Assembly (NCBI RefSeq): GCF_001194135.2
Contig: NC_068981.1
Location: 134,262,649 to 134,326,648 of the forward strand
Direction: 5' to 3'
DNA from: Octopus bimaculoides
Taxonomy: Eukaryota
Length of the DNA: 64,000 bases
This document shows positions 63,429-64,000 of the stretch, in pieces; position 1 is the first letter of the stretch, and every line of letters begins with the position of its first letter. The notes beneath the pieces are model-generated. The model was given only the letters and a program-made list of their open reading frames with translations, made no database searches and had not been told where the DNA came from. The translations under genes were made by a program, and so were the position numbers.

Positions 63429-64000
63429 CTAAATTAAAAAAAAAAAAATTTTGCTAAAGTTTGTGCGTGAGATTTTCTTCATTTTTTTGTTATTTAAGAT
63501 TCAGGTTATGAACAAAATTTCATCTTTCATAAGATGAAAGCTTTAACAAGTTATTTACAGAGAAGCACATTTAACTTCAATGAAACTTGTTGCATATTTT
63601 TATTGACTTCAGAACACTTTTGAGATTGTCTGATATAATAGGTTTTCATAAGAAATGAAAAAACTATAATTTCAACAAGCCTCATCCTAGGTATGCACTA
63701 GTGATTGAACTTGCATAGTCATGAACATAAGGATGTTAACTATCTCCTTTTTTGTTCAACTTGTAGAATCTCATAGAAAAATGTATTGACTGACACCTTC
63801 ATAACTTTTGGGGATTGACCATTATCCTACTAGCCAAAAGGGTTAGTATCTTACAGTAGATATCACATCCAAACTATAAACACATGAGTTCAAGTGTTTT
63901 AATAAGCTTTTTCACAGTTGTCAATTGGGCTGCAAATCAGCAAATAGTTATTCTTTCAGAAAAGAAAGGAATCATTGCTTGGAACAGAAATAAACACATC

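Overview
AT-rich animal genomic DNA from a gapped draft scaffold (five N-gaps). Its repeat content resembles an Octopus/coleoid cephalopod genome (inference). There is no intact protein-coding gene; most supplied ORFs are microsatellite or gap artefacts. The window is a mosaic of four things. (1) Several tRNA-headed SINE families and RTE-type (ATG)n-tailed 3' ends. (2) Decayed retroelements: RTE LINEs, R4/Dong-like RLE LINE 3' ends sitting in (TACA)n, and Penelope-like RT and GIY-YIG fragments. (3) DNA transposons: two mariner remnants plus Tc1/mariner, pogo, hAT and TTAA/piggyBac-type MITEs, several with intact TSDs. (4) Dense microsatellites. Most notable are a ~710-bp foldback carrying two divergent minimal type-I hammerhead ribozyme motifs (20213-20920) and a perfect 53-bp-arm hairpin whose arm copies unique sequence 1.27 kb upstream (30317-30423). 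Several short candidate exons with canonical splice sites suggest the window may be intronic, but the host gene could not be identified. Repeat boundaries are approximate unless TIR/TSD coordinates are given.
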